Assembly: GCA_009103225.1 (NCBI GenBank)
Contig: RHPI01000575.1
Span: 171,527-235,526, forward strand
DNA from: Chlorokybus atmophyticus
Lineage: Eukaryota > Plantae > Mesostigma and Chlorokybus algae
Length of the DNA: 64,000 nt
Reading direction: 5' to 3'
A program made the position numbers and the translations under genes. Positions 1 through 15,520 of the stretch are shown one piece after another (the stretch's first letter is position 1; each line of letters starts with the position of its first letter). The notes under the pieces were generated by a model. It did no database searches, was not told the origin of the DNA, and worked only from the letters and a program-made list of their open reading frames with translations.

Positions 1-721
1 TATATATATATATATATATATACCAATGTTCTTTAAACATGCATGCATTGGTGTACATACATCAATGCATACATATGTGTGTATAAGTATATGTATGCAT
101 TGACGCATTTATGTCATTTAAACTTATGGATTATTGTATAATACGATGTAATCTATAAATGTACCTGTACTTTTTACGCACGCATCACCGAATAGACATA
201 TGGCGGTAGTGAATGTTACAATATTGTAGCAATAATATGTGGTGTTTTGCACAAGTGTTGTACATTCACGCTATACATTGTATGTGTTATATAATACTAC
301 AAGTCTCATGTAAATGTAAATGCACACACATATACATATTCAAATGTACATTATGTGTACATATATGTATATATGTACATGTATACATCAATGTATGTGA
401 TTTATATTGTGATCATCTGTGTAAGGATGCATTTATTATATTCTGAAACAGGCTGTCATTGACAGCCCCTATCAAGAGTACCGGCACATTTGGCCCCGGG
501 CTGAGCCCCCTTAACCGATTGTTGTATCTCAATTACCCTAGCAGTTGCGACTCTCCATTCATTTTCGAATTTGTTTAAAGTAATACTGGTACAGCCTATG
601 CATGTTTATAGATGCACTGCATGCGCTCAAAGCTATGGGCATATCAATTGACAGTCGCCAAGCGGCCACCGGCACGTTGCAAACTATATGATGCAACTAT
701 TTCGCCGTCCCTACCGGTACG

Positions 722-792
722 TGCACTTGTAGCTCAATGGTTAGGGCATCGTGTTTGTGTGAAGGTATTGGGTTCGATTCGCAGTGGACGCA
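722..792 (+). pseudogene. tRNA-derived relic (SINE head or tRNA pseudogene)
   Basis: Pol III A-box-like TAGCTCAATGG and B-box-like GGTTCGATTC at tRNA spacing. The anticodon arm is degenerate and the acceptor stem pairs poorly. Confidence 0.7.
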
Positions 793-1058
793 TGTGTTCT
801 TGGCTAACCATTTTTGAAACGCCGCGACCTCGTGCGCCAAAAGGCGGTGTGGCCGGTGCCGTCGGCTCAAGATCAAGCCACTTTGGGTGCATTCACTCTC
901 AATTTTAATAATAATGTCTAAATGATTCGGTCCCTAGTCCGTCGCCTGGACGCTACCAAGTCCTCACGCGATCGAAATTAACGGGGCCATACATGGTGCG
1001 ACCCCAAAAAAAACATGGGACCATTCACGCGAGATTGCATGCATGGTCCGACTGTCAA

Positions 1059-1515
1059 TGTTGACATACACACGTGCAAGTGACACGCCAACAACATCAA
1101 CACAAGAGCATGACTGCTACTGCCGCCATAGCATCCGCACACATGCTACATCGTAAGCTCTTATCTTCATTGCAACAAATTTGGGCTTTATACCCCGCCA
1201 GTCTCTACACACGTCTACATTGGAAAGCACCGCGTGCACTATACTCAGCCGATTGCTGTTCTGTAAGCTACGCTGTCTAACTCACAACCAGAGCTTTCCA
1301 ACAAGCTAAGCCACGCCTGCTAAGCTTATGTATCCACGAAGCTACGCGATTTCTCTCAAGGCTCTACCAAGCAGCCTGGTCCGGAGTCCGTCATGACTCG
1401 ACCGTCTTGCTAAGTCTGGAGCCCACGCGCTTCTTCCTAGTACCTTCGACCCTCGACTCCTGTATGAAGGGCAAGCTGACCGGATACAAGCATCACCCAT
1501 GTAATACCTTCAACA
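1059..1515 (-). mobile_element. Solo LTR (457 bp), related to the Copia LTR at 51574
   Basis: Ends are TGTTGA...TCAACA with near-perfect 5-bp TSD GTCAA/CTCAA. It is absent from the right arm, which shows the empty site. It shares CTTGTATCCGGTCAGCT, TAGCTTGTTGGA and ACTGGCGGG motifs with 51574-52046. Confidence 0.85.
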
Positions 1516-2679
1516 CTCAATGACAGTCTGACCATGTATGGTCCGCTGATCTCGTGTAGCAGGAGAATCCCGATCCATAGGTACGGACCATTCATGGTCC
1601 TTTGACGTCAATTGGTGTGACATGACCCGCATCGTGACATGGACGCTGGCCGACATACAGCTTGATTTGCTTGCACACCCTGCTGCTAACAATGTGCATG
1701 TAGACCGAGCTGCGTGTGGCGAAGCGCATGTGGCAATACGGACAAGGACTCCCATAGCTCGCTATTTATGTCGACACAGGTGTCGCTAATGTAACCTGCA
1801 TTATCATATCCAGCAACACGCACAGCCGCCACCGCCGCCGCTACCCTTGCATGCCAGAGTCAGGAAACTTGGCCGCCATTCACTGGCGTGATGGCTCCGT
1901 CATACCAGTATTATGGTAGTATCGAGCCATTGCACGTCTAGGGTGGAGTGAGTTTGCATAAATATCCTGATTGTATCGTTTCAATAGTATAAAGATGCCT
2001 TTGCCAAAAGGTATCATTAAACTGGTACCTTTGTACATTGGCAATGGCAGTCCCTGCGCATGAAAACACTACTGTTGGCTCCGTCAAGCTATGCCCTTAC
2101 AGAGCGGTGATACCGAGGGTATGTGGCGTTTGGTGGATCGTTGGCGGCGCCGTTAGGGGTGTAGTGGGCGTTGTGGTCGAGGTCCGGGATGAAGCCCATG
2201 TTCACATAGGGCGCGCAAGGTGCCGGTGGGGTGTCCTTGGTGTCAAACCCCACCATGCCTACCAAGGGCATAGCCAATAACAACAGTGACTTGGGCGATA
2301 TCTTATTGGGCTCCCCCTCAAGTGGGAAACGGCACACCACAATACTGCCTTTAAGAACATCCGACCCAAAACATCCCCCCCAGCAGCTGCGACCACGACG
2401 ACATGACTGAAGGGACCAAACAAGACTGGCATAGACAAGGTGGGTTACGATGCATTGGCAATGCCACATGCTAGGGCTTCGTTATCTTGCATATGCATAG
2501 CCTCAAGTATTTTGCACATGACATACACTGTCAATACCACATGCACACCCTCATGCACAGCCTCCTGTATCATGCACATGAACAGCATGACCAATCTCGC
2601 ATATGCACAGCCTATCTCTACTTGCGGGAGCTCACAAGTCGCAAAAGAGAAGCTACGGAGTACCACGAACGGGTAATGT

Positions 2680-4990
2680 ATGACCTACTTTAATGTTTCC
2701 AGCAGCAGTTATGCAGTACGCTTGCAGATTGCCATGTTTGTCAAAGAGAACAAAGAGCAGCACGGCAGGCTGACCATTTGCCTAACGGAGTGTGACAAAG
2801 CGGAAGACAAGGTAAACGTGTGTATGCTGATGGGCTACTCCTCTGGCAGCACGCCACTCTTATATTAAACCAAAAAATATGGGTGGTCCTTTACAAAGCA
2901 ACCATCAAGCGCATGCGCGTGCACGGCGAGGTGCCGGCATTCAAGTTGAAGGATGAAATAGCCGCTGTATTGTCAGCAAGCGAGGCAGCAGATCAAATTG
3001 ACTTCAATGTTGAAGCAGAAACTTGTCGGAGTAGGAACATGAGGAGGGGTTGAGGAGGAGTACTAAGGCAGGCACCACGAGTTGACAAGCTGCGCATGAG
3101 TGCGACATCTAGACTCAATGTTGTAAGTAGTTTCATGCGTAAGTCGGCTGCTCTGTTGCAAGTGGACATACTCTGACCACTGCCAGTATATTGTATATAT
3201 TGGGGGCTTATGCTTGCAAGACCAAACAATCAGTTCAAGGTTTGTACAAGCTGCATGGCACGTTAGTGTTAGCTTACGGCAAGAATTGTCAACTTTGTTC
3301 AAACGGGAAGAGTCATATATTAACAGCAGTGTAACGGCAAGGAAACTGGCGGCTATTGTTGTCAACTGTCCGTAGCTAACCGGCTAACGGCCGTCTGTGC
3401 ACATCGACCACTGGTTTGGCAAAGGGTATTTTATTAACAACTCTCGGCCGGTCAGTGCCACTAATAACCACTTGCGGCCCGCGGCCGTCTGTATCAGTCC
3501 ACATAAGCCAACGGCAAACCCAACAGTCAAAAAGTAACATTTCAGGCAGCGGCAGGCAGGCTCAGGCACCCATCAGTTCCTCAGTTCTTACTCAGTCACC
3601 ATGTCAAATTTGCGCCAATGTGCATGTGCCATATCACAGTGAACTGACATGCGCTTTTGTAACACATAGGAGAACACAAACATGACAAGCGAAATCTTCC
3701 AGCAATGGTTCAGCTGTTCATGGACAACATATCTAGCGGTGCTTCTTCGGAAATCCCATGCCTTCTACTTGGGGACGGACACTCATCATAGTTCAACCCG
3801 GACATGCTGGAACATGCTGCTGAAAACGGAATACATATCTTGCCCTTTCCACCACATCTTCCCCATCTTATGCAATATGATAGCCTGCCTAGACTCAATG
3901 TAAGTCAATGATGTGTCCCAAGTTGTCAACCCCATCAGAATGGCACCGCACAGCATCACATTGTCACCTTGCGGATGCTCGTCATCAGCTGCTTTCGCAG
4001 CTTCAAGCAGGCATACACGCATCAGTATGTTCGAATCATGGCCTCTAATCTCGACTTGAAGATGTGCACAAAATCTTCATCCAGCTGACTGCCAACCCTT
4101 TCCTCAAGGCAATAAGTCCTGCCAACATTATAGCTGGCTTTCGCAAGACATGTAACCCTGTTATGCACAGTGTCTTGGTTAGTTACAGGTATCATCAACA
4201 CTTAGCACAAATGCACAGTGCCGCACAGTGATACAAGCAGGTGTGCATGCAACGTCTCACTCATCAGCATGCGATGCCACACGCATTATGTCCCATGCAC
4301 TGTCTTGCACACTCTCATGCTTGTCTCACCTTGCACGCTAGTGGCCCGTGAACATGCATGCCTTAGACGACCATCTGAATGATCCAAAAGATCAAAAAGT
4401 CCAACCAGAGACAGGCACCATCAGCCCAGCACTGCTCGAGGCCCTATTCACAACAAAGTTTTGCGACGAGGGAGAAGAAGAGCTGGATCAAGTCGACGGC
4501 AACAATAATAACGACTCCCAACTCCCTGATTTTGCAGAGGAGGAGTTGGGCACGGAGGAAGTGCTGCCTGGACAGCACTTCCAAGAGTTCAGGCTAGAGG
4601 ACCCTCATGCATGCTTGGAGCCACCATCCTCACCAGCCCAAGATCATCCAACATCTGCGTGAGCGCACTGCTGAGAATGAGCGCCTTGAAGCAGCTAGGA
4701 TCCTCAGGCAGGAAAATCTTAGGAGGAAGAGGGAAGAAGCAGCAGCAAAGAAGCAAAGGCACAAGAGAAAGAAGTGCGTGCACAGAAGAAGGTTGAGAGA
4801 TTAAGGCAGAAAGGGGAGGCCAAGGCAGCAGCAGCAGCAGCAGCAGCAGAGAAGCAGCGGAAGAAGGCGGTGGTGAAGGAGGCGAAGGAGGCCAAGAAGC
4901 TCGCTGCCTCTCTGCGCAACAAGGAGGTAGTTAACACTAACACCAAGGACGACACCCCTGCAACAGCAGGACCATGAACTGAGCTAGAGG
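2680..4990 (+). pseudogene. Intron-containing pogo/Tigger-Fot1-like DDE transposase, inactivated
   Basis: 3720-3880 translates to IPCLLLGDGHSS*FNPDMLEHAAENGIHILPFPPHLPHLMQ, matching the DDE_1 motif. It is followed by SPANIIAGFRK and a K/E/R-rich coiled-coil tail. In-frame TAG at 3789-3791. Assignment of the upstream exons is uncertain. Confidence 0.75.
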
Positions 4991-5349
4991 AAGGCAACCT
5001 GATCTATGCAGTTACGAAAATACCAGCGCTATCGAAGGCAACACTAGCAAAACGCCGTGCGTTTGCCAACAAGACAGGAGGCCTGCGCCTAGCAAAGATC
5101 ATGTCTTTGACATAGCATGTGCATGCAGCTAAGCCTTTGTACATAGCACGCAACACTTAACCTTGTATATATGAACGCGCTTGCTAAGCCGGTGCCCTCG
5201 CACACCCATTTCTCAGATAGGTTCACACGTTGTGCCTGGGACTGAAGTCAATGCTTACTTCGCGGAAATGTACTGCACCTGCAATGCCACCATGTAGTGC
5301 ACCATTTATTAGTATTCAATGCACAGTTCACGTTTTTGCTTGCGCTCAC

Positions 5350-5790
5350 CAGAACTCATTCACTGACTCACTCATCGTTCTAACTGGACGTACGCCTCGC
5401 TCACGCTGGAGACACCGAACATGGGCATGGGATAAGGCAGTGAGCTGAGGTCCGAACATGTGTCATCCCCCCTGCAATGACAGCTGAATGAGTAGCACTT
5501 TGGGGTTTGGCAATGCATATGGCACAGCTCTACGCACACGTGCTAATGGGATGTGTACAAATTGCTGTACAGGCATGTCATGGCAAGCGTAACCTAGGAT
5601 CACGGTGTTGCCATTATCGGCGCCAAGGGGTACAAGTCGTCGATAGTGATGGCGCCCACATGCAAGCAGGCGTGCTTACTCAGCACAACCACAACCATCA
5701 GTAGAAGCAATGGCGATTGGGTAAGCTTCGCTCTAGAAGACATCTCTCCAGCACTGCTCAAAACAACATTGTTTGAGACAACAAACACTC
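5350..5790 (-). pseudogene. Truncated paralog of exons 1-2 of the NIDO-domain gene
   Basis: HVGAITIDDLYPL vs HVGALTVNDLYPFG, and LPYPMPMFGVSSVSEAYV vs LPYPVPVFGVPGVNGAYV. Upstream flank 5880-6000 also resembles 11850-11990. A frameshift and a stop are present. Confidence 0.8.
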
Positions 5791-6162
5791 ACGCTTGCTG
5801 TGCAAAACGTTTACTTGCTATGGCGTCCGTGTGGCTCAGAGCGCGCACACATGGCAGTGCACACGCATAAAAAATAATGCACGTACCAGCGGATGTTCAC
5901 AATGGCTGCCGCTGAAGAGGAACAAAGGCTGAATGGCGCAGCCCGGCTTGACGCTTGCGATGATGCAGCAGTAGTAGTGTTGGAGCTAGCGCCCCACAAG
6001 AGGTAGCTTGTCTTGATCGCTTAACGTCTACCAGCTGCGGGCAACGCGACAGGGTATGTGCTCCTGCCGTAAGCAGCTTAAGGAACATACATGCTGTTGG
6101 TCGTGTTATGCATGCATGCATGCATGCATGTTGGACTGCAGCCTTCCCCATTATAAGAGTCA

Positions 6163-6639
6163 TGTTGACCCTTCGGGTTTTCGTTCCACCAACTAGGCTA
6201 TTCTCATGGCGCTTACAAGAAAATATGTTGTTTTGTTAAAAGAATATACCTGCTAATAATGGGGAGATTGACTGATAACCCTCAGCCACGTCATTTTATA
6301 ATGGGGTGGCAAACATGAAGTATATTTCCTACTCTAGTTATTTTACAGTATCTTACATGATTGCTATTGTCTTATGTTGGATTCATTCTACCATGTTTGA
6401 AGTCTTCATGCTATTAACAAAGCATTCCTCCGGTACAAGACTGAGCCCACTCATAATTTCAAGCCTTCTCTTTGGTCTTATTACGTACAAGATTGTTCCA
6501 CAAACCGAAGATACTTTTTACCTGTAAATCGATCGGTTTTGCAATACGAGGATCTTAACGGGGTTATTCTCTTATATCGAAGTCTTCAAACGGGGGTAGA
6601 GTGTACCAGCAATTGATTTACTTCCTACTTTCATCAGCA
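6163..6639. mobile_element. AT-rich insertion, probable solo LTR (477 bp)
   Basis: Ends are TGTTGA...TCAGCA, flanked by AGTCA/TGTCA (4/5 TSD match). Markedly more AT-rich than the flanks, with no credible long ORF. Confidence 0.5.
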
Positions 6640-7074
6640 TGTCATGGTCGTGCTTCAGCTGCTGCGAAGCCACCCCTTCGAGCTCTTCCACCGGCGAGAT
6701 AGGCATCCAGTGCTTTGTGTACATGCAAATGGTGCACTGCAAGACAATAAGTCCACATCCAAAGCAGGCCAATTTGCGTAAGCTAAGAGTAAGTCTAGGC
6801 CTACTGCACGTACTTGCAGCATTCCCTGCCTGCCTAGTAAAGCACCAGCGGCGCGTGCTTGCCGTGCAACGGACGCGCGAGTATAACGGCGGGTGCGCTA
6901 ACCGTCGGCTCATCAGTCGTTAGTTTAAACGGCATTTTTAACAGCCGTTAGTTACTGCTGTGTTCGATTTACACTTGTACGCGGTGTCGCCTGGCGAGGA
7001 ACTCAGCGCAGGCGGCGGAGGTGGAGGAGGTGGTCTTGGTGGGCAGGGGTGGTGTCAGTGGTTGTGGATTGGTC

Positions 7075-8443
7075 ATGGGCGGCCACGGCGGGCTGAACAT
7101 TCTCCCGCAGAAGTCGTGGCATGTCTACAACTACGAGAACAGGGAGAAGGTGCGCCGCGACGAGGAGGAGGTAGCGGCGGCGGAGGCTGCGGCACGCGCC
7201 AAACAACAGGCAAGGGTTGTTGTGATTGCCGTAGCAGAGTATTTTTATTGGAGTCAAGCCTTCTTGTTTGCATTGGTATCCAGCCTTCTGTGCTGAACTG
7301 TGCGGTTTCATGCCTTCAACACCAATATCTGGTTGACAGACGCTCAGTCGTAAGGTTTGCCAATCATCAGTCACACTGCGCGTGTTTAATTGCGCTGTAT
7401 AGCTTTGAACATTTGTCACGTGCCTTGAAGCTTGTGTTTTACAGTTCTGCATGTATGCTGGTGCACTTTCACTGCCCAGTCCTAAAGTGGCTCCGACTGC
7501 TGCTGCAAATACGAATTTCAGCTGGTCCTATGAGTGCACTGTTTCCAGCGCAGACACAGATTAATGGCCAACTTCGATTGTCAACCGCAGGCAGCAGAGG
7601 CCGAGGCTCGGAGGCAACTGCTTCTCGAGCGAGCACGCAAGCGCAAGCGTGCGGATGAGGAAGAGGAAACAGATGAACAACAAGCACAACAACTCACTGC
7701 TCGTCTGACTGGTGTGCGCAATGCTGAGGACACCACAACCACGACAGCAACCGCGATAGCTGTTGAAGCGGCCACCAGTAACGCTGCGCTTGAGGAAGAA
7801 CACAACAATTACAACAACAAGGATGAAGATGATGAAGATGATGGCCATATCAACTTCTTCCGCAGCGGCTTTGAAGGCAGTCTCGGCATCTCCGCAAACT
7901 CACAAGCAGCAGCAGCAGCAGCGAAGCGATCATCCACTGTCCTGCACAAGATGGACAAGGTCAGTATGGTGTCCGTGGTGTTTATACAAACAGGTATAGA
8001 GATCCATGTACTGTTGAGTTGACGTGGTTTTGCATTGTTACGTCACGGTGCAGGAGTTTCAGCGCGAGCATAGGCGGATAACACGAGACTTAGAGAAGGA
8101 GCATCCGGAGAAGGACTGTGATGAAAAGTATCGGCTCGGTTATGGCGTGGTTGGCGCAGAGGCCAAGCGCCCTTGGTACATGCAGCAAACACCGGCTGAT
8201 GAACCTCGTGAAGATTTTGGGTCCAAACGCACCAACAAGCACAAGTTGCCGGCGCCACCGTTATCGGGGAACAGCAAGAAGAAGAGCATTGAAGAGTTGC
8301 GTGCAGAAAGGGCGAAGCGCGAGCAGGCCGAGCGTGCAAAGGCCAAGCGGGTTGTTGATGCACATGTGTCTGCCATCACACAAGGCAAGGATGGTTATAT
8401 GAGAGGTGAACGGTATCATTCTAGCTTTGGCAATAGGAGATGA
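7075..8443 (+). CDS. LENG1: LENG1-like / Cir_N-domain protein, 3 exons (7075-7209, 7591-7959, 8054-8443)
   Basis: MGGHGGLNILPQKSWHVYNYENREKVRRDEE is the Cir_N-type N-terminus. Further motifs are GHINFF, YRLGYGVVG..RPWY, IEELRAERAKREQAER and C-terminal RYHSSFG. Phase-0 splice joins restore a continuous frame. Confidence 0.88.
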
Positions 8444-9120
8444 TGATGCAGGTTAGCAGATCAACCAGCAGATTGTGAAGTTGTATATAGCTGTGTTGTG
8501 GTCATGCAGTGTGCGGCTTGCACAATGGCCATGTCACTGCAGAGTTTTGGAACGATCTATGCATGGATGTCTTATCGTCCAAGTTGCAGTCATGCGCAAT
8601 GCTGTGAGGACCACAAGCCCTATTCCTCTGCAAGTTGTGATCAGGTCGTATGCCAGGCTTGACGAAGCATAGTTGCACAACCAGGCCTTCAACTTGTTGA
8701 TTGTGCTGGCTAGTGTTAAGGGGTGGTAACTGCATCATGCATGTTGGACTTGCTACCTCTTCTGCCGCTGCCTAGGAGGACACATGTACATACAAACAAC
8801 AGCGAGGTGGTTGTTAGTGATGAAACAAGGCAAAGCATGCAACCCCGGCTGGCCCAAGCCTACGCGGTGTGCATGCAACATAACATAACATAACACCACA
8901 TTTTCAACACGGCAGTCAGCCAGCATGCAAGCCAAAGGGACACGTGGGGATGTGGCTGTGCAAGTGTACTACACTTGCACAGAGAGCTACCACAGTTAAC
9001 AGTGTTGGCACTGCTGTTCGTGCCTTATGGTGAGGGGCAGGCCAAGATACAAGTTTATTGGTGGGCAATTGCATGCTCTTTGCGACACAATCAGCTATCT
9101 GACAGTCACATGACGTGTTT

Positions 9121-11692
<2,572 letters not shown>

Positions 11693-13199
11693 CTCTCTCG
11701 CACTGCAAGACATGCTCATTCAGATGGTAGCTTACTCGCCTGCCGAGTTACTTGAGGGCGCACATCATATGCAGTGCACACACGGGCACGCAAACATCCA
11801 CAGCGCTCAGTGTGTGTGCGGGCGAATGCGCGCACACACATAGAGCGCTGCACGTATGTACCTACCGGCAGTATGGTTGCCGCTGAAGATGTGAGAAAGG
11901 AGACAAAGCCTGAGCGCTCACCACGTCACCGGCTTGCCGCTTGCGCCATGGCAGAAGTGACTATGTACTTGCTGGAGTGACTATGCACTCTTCACCCACG
12001 GGCTTAGCAACGACACGGTACTGCAATTGCTGGAGAAATCCTGTCAGCAGGTCAGAGACCTGACATGGACACAATGTGTCATAACTTGTAACTTATGTAT
12101 TGCATGCACTGCCTAGAGGCTGCGCCATGCACCCGGTTGCATCCATGGGCACCAACTTGCATTGTCTAAGCAATTTGTCTCCCCTGCCGGCGCTGAACAA
12201 TAGGGCTAGCAGCAAGACTTTCCTCTAAATGAGTTCCACCAAAACAGACCAGAAAAAACAAGAAAGCAGCCCGGGACAAAAAGCAGTGCACGCGCCACGC
12301 TTGTTGCCGTGCTGCTTTCTTTCATGACGTGACGCCGCCAGTGGTCACGCGCGTCACACAGTGGCGGGTAGCCTACCGCCGGTAGGCATACGTAGGTGAC
12401 GTAGGTACACGTAGGGTATACGTACACCTACCGCATCTGGAGTGACTTGGCGCCGCCAATGGCGTACAAGGGCAGCCCTCTGTCTGCAGCGGCCTGGTGC
12501 CCTAGCTTCGGACACTTTGTACTAGCAAGGTCACCGTTAGGTGAGCAGTGCACCGTTTTGGGTGAATGATGGCTTGGCCGAAAGCTCTTTTTATGAGCTA
12601 CCTAGCTATCAAGTCTATCCTTGTATTTTTAGCCAATCAGATGCTCCCGTGAGCCTCTGGCAAAGATCAGTAAAAAGTGTAGGGGGTCCAAAGTGAAATG
12701 AGCCTGACTTCGGACACTCTAGGATTGCCTGCATGCTGTAAGACCTAAGGTGGTTGTGGCGGCGGAGAGTGCCTGTCTGTGGCTATGTTGTTGTTGTTGT
12801 CTTTAGGAAGACTTGTATGGTCAGTGGCGCACAAGCGGCGCCTTGTATGCACACAAAAGACCAAGGCTTGTAGGGTGTGCATGTGCGGTGTGCATATAGC
12901 TGTGTGAGCAGAAATGTGTGCAAGTACATATAGCATGCATAATCTTGTACATGGGCTTGCGCAGTGTGCATGTGCATGCAGCATGCATAGAGACATGAGC
13001 ATAACGTGTGCAAGGGCACTGGCTTAGCAAGCGTGTTCATATCTACAAGGTTAAGTGTTGCGTGATATGTACAAAGGCTTAGCTGCATGCACATGCTACG
13101 TCAAAGACATGATCTTTGTTAGGCGCAGGCCTTCTGTCTTGGCAAATGCACGGCGTTTTGCTAGTGTTGCCTTGCATAGAGCTGGTATTTCTAGAACTG

Positions 13200-15520
13200 C
13201 GCATGTCAGGTTGCCTTCCTCTATCTCGCTCCAGGGCCCTGCTGTTGCAGGGGTGTCGTCCTTAATGTTATTGCTAACTACCTCCTTGTTGCGCAGGGAG
13301 GCAGCGAGCTTCTTGGCCTCCTTCGCCTCCTTCACCACCGCCTTCTTCCGCTGCTTCTCTGCTGCTGCTGCTGCTGCTGCCTTGGCCTCCCCTTTTTGCC
13401 TTAGTCTCTCAACCTTCTTCTGTGCACGCACTTCCTTCTCTTGCCTTTGCTTCTTTGCTGCTGCCTCTTCCCTCTTCCTCCTGAGATCTTCCTGCCTGGC
13501 GATCCTGGCTGCTTCAAGGCGCTCCTTCTCAGCAGTGCGCTCACGCATATGTTGGATGATCTTGGGGCTGGTGAGGATGGTGGCTGCACGCATGCATGAG
13601 GGTCCTCTGGCCTGAACTCTAGGAAGTGCTGTCCAGGCAGCACTTCCTCCGTGCCCAACTCCTCCTCTGAAAACTCAGGGACTTGGGAGTCGTTATTATT
13701 GTTGCCGTCGTCTTGATCCAGCTCTTCTTCTCCCTCGTTGCCAAACTCTGTTGTGAACAGGGCCTCGAGCAGTGCTGGGCTGATGGTGCTTGGCTCGGGT
13801 TGGACTTCTTGGTCTTTTGGAGCATGCACATGGTCGTCTAAGGCATGCGTGTTCATGGGCCACAGACGTGCAAGGTGAGACAAGCATGAGAGTGTGCAAG
13901 ACAGTGCATGGAACATAATGCATGTGGCATCGCATCCTTATGAGTGAGACGTCGCATGCATACCTGCGCATGCATCACACCTGCTTGCATCACTGTGCGG
14001 CACGGTGCATTTGTGCTAAGTGTTGATAATACTTGTAACTGACCAAGACACTGTGCATAATAGGTGACCTTGCGGAAGCCAGCTATGATGTTGGCAGGAC
14101 TTATTGCCATGAGGAAAGGGTTGGCATTCAGCTGGATGAGGATTTTTTGCACATCTTCAAGTCGGGGTTGGAGGCCATGATTCGAACATACTGATGCGTG
14201 TATGCCTGCTTAAAGCTGCAAAAGTAGCTGATGACGAGCATCTGCAAGGTGACAATGTGTTGCTGTGCGGTGCCATTCTGATAGGGTTAACAACTTGGGA
14301 CACAGCATTAGCTTACATTGAGTCTACCGCAGGCTATCATATTGCATGACATGGGTGAGATGTGGTGGAAAGGTCAAGATATGCATTCCGTTCTCAGCAG
14401 CATGTTCCAGCATGTCCGGTTTGAACTATGAAGAGTGTCCATCCACAGGTAGAAGGCATGGGATTTCTAAAGAAGCACCGCTAGATGTGTTGTCCATGAA
14501 CAGCTGAACCATTGCTGGAAGATTTCGGTTGTCATGTTTGTGTTCTCCTGTGTGTTACAAAAGAGCATGTCAGTTCACTATGACATGGCACATGCACATC
14601 GTCGCAAATTTGACACGGTGACTGACTAAGAACTGAGGGACTGACGGGTGCCTGAGCCTGCCTGCCGCTGCCTGAAATGTTACTTATGGGACTGTTGGGT
14701 TTGCCGTTGGCTTATGTGGACTGATATAGACGGCCGCGGGCCGAAAGTGGTTGTCAGTGGCATTGACCGGCTGAAAGTTGTTAATTAACTACTATTAAGT
14801 CGATGTGCACAGACGGCCGTTAGCCGGTAGTTACGAACAGCTGACAATAGCCGGCAGTTTCCTTGCCGTTACACTGCTGTTAATATATGACCCTTACCGT
14901 TTGGACAAAGTTGACAATTCTTGCCGTAAGCCAACACTAACATGCCATGCAGCTTGTACAAACCTTGGACTGATTGTTTGGTCTTTTAATCATAAGCCCC
15001 CAATATATACAACATACCGGCAGTGGTGAGAGTATGTCCACTTGCAACTGAGCAGCCGACTTACGCATGAACCTACCCACAACATTGAGTCTAGCTGTCG
15101 CACTCATACGCAGCTTGTCAACCCGTGGTGCCTGCCTCAGAACTCCTCCTCAACCCCCCCCTCCTCCTGTTCCTCCTCTAACAAGTTTCTGCTTCAACAT
15201 CGAAGTCAATTTGACCTGCTGCCTCGCTCGCTAACAGTACATCGGCTACTTCATCCTTCAGCTTGAATGCCGGCACCTTGCCGTGCACGCGCATGCGCTT
15301 GATGGTTGCTTTAAGAAGGACCACCTACATTTATGTAATGCTATAAGAGTTGCGTGCTGCCAAAGGACTAGCCCATCAGCATACACATGCTTACCTTGTC
15401 TTCCGCTTTGTCGCACTCCGTTAGGCAGTAGTCAGCCTGCCGCGCTGCTCTTGGTTCTCTGACAAACATGGCAATCTGCAAGCATACTGCATAACTGCCG
15501 TTGGAAACATTAAAGTATAT
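13200..15520 (-). pseudogene. Second copy of the pogo-like DDE transposase
   Basis: Translates to IPCLLPVDGHSS*FKPDMLEHAAENGMHILTFPPHLTHVM, with the same TAG (14426-14428) as the left copy. ORF 13096..13593 is the coiled-coil tail. Confidence 0.75.

Larger units (their letters stand above)
1..5205 (+). repeat. Left arm of a large inverted duplication (pogo-like transposon unit); continues past the window start
   Basis: Reverse complement is colinear with 13006-17850. Paired ORFs include 2440..2676(+)/15527..15763(-), 2089..2469(-)/15734..15943(+) and 4774..4977(+)/13096..13593(-). Similarity stops after GCCCTCGCACAC at ~5205. Confidence 0.93.

Noticed and set aside
722-792. Functional tRNA gene
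   Set aside because: The acceptor and anticodon stems do not pair properly and the two copies differ in the anticodon region; treated as a relic.
12359-12460. CAGTGGCGG...CCGCCAATG mini-TIR element with CGTAGG repeats and a GCCTACCG palindrome
   Set aside because: The TIR match is short and imperfect and no TSD is evident; could be a TE end but cannot be supported.
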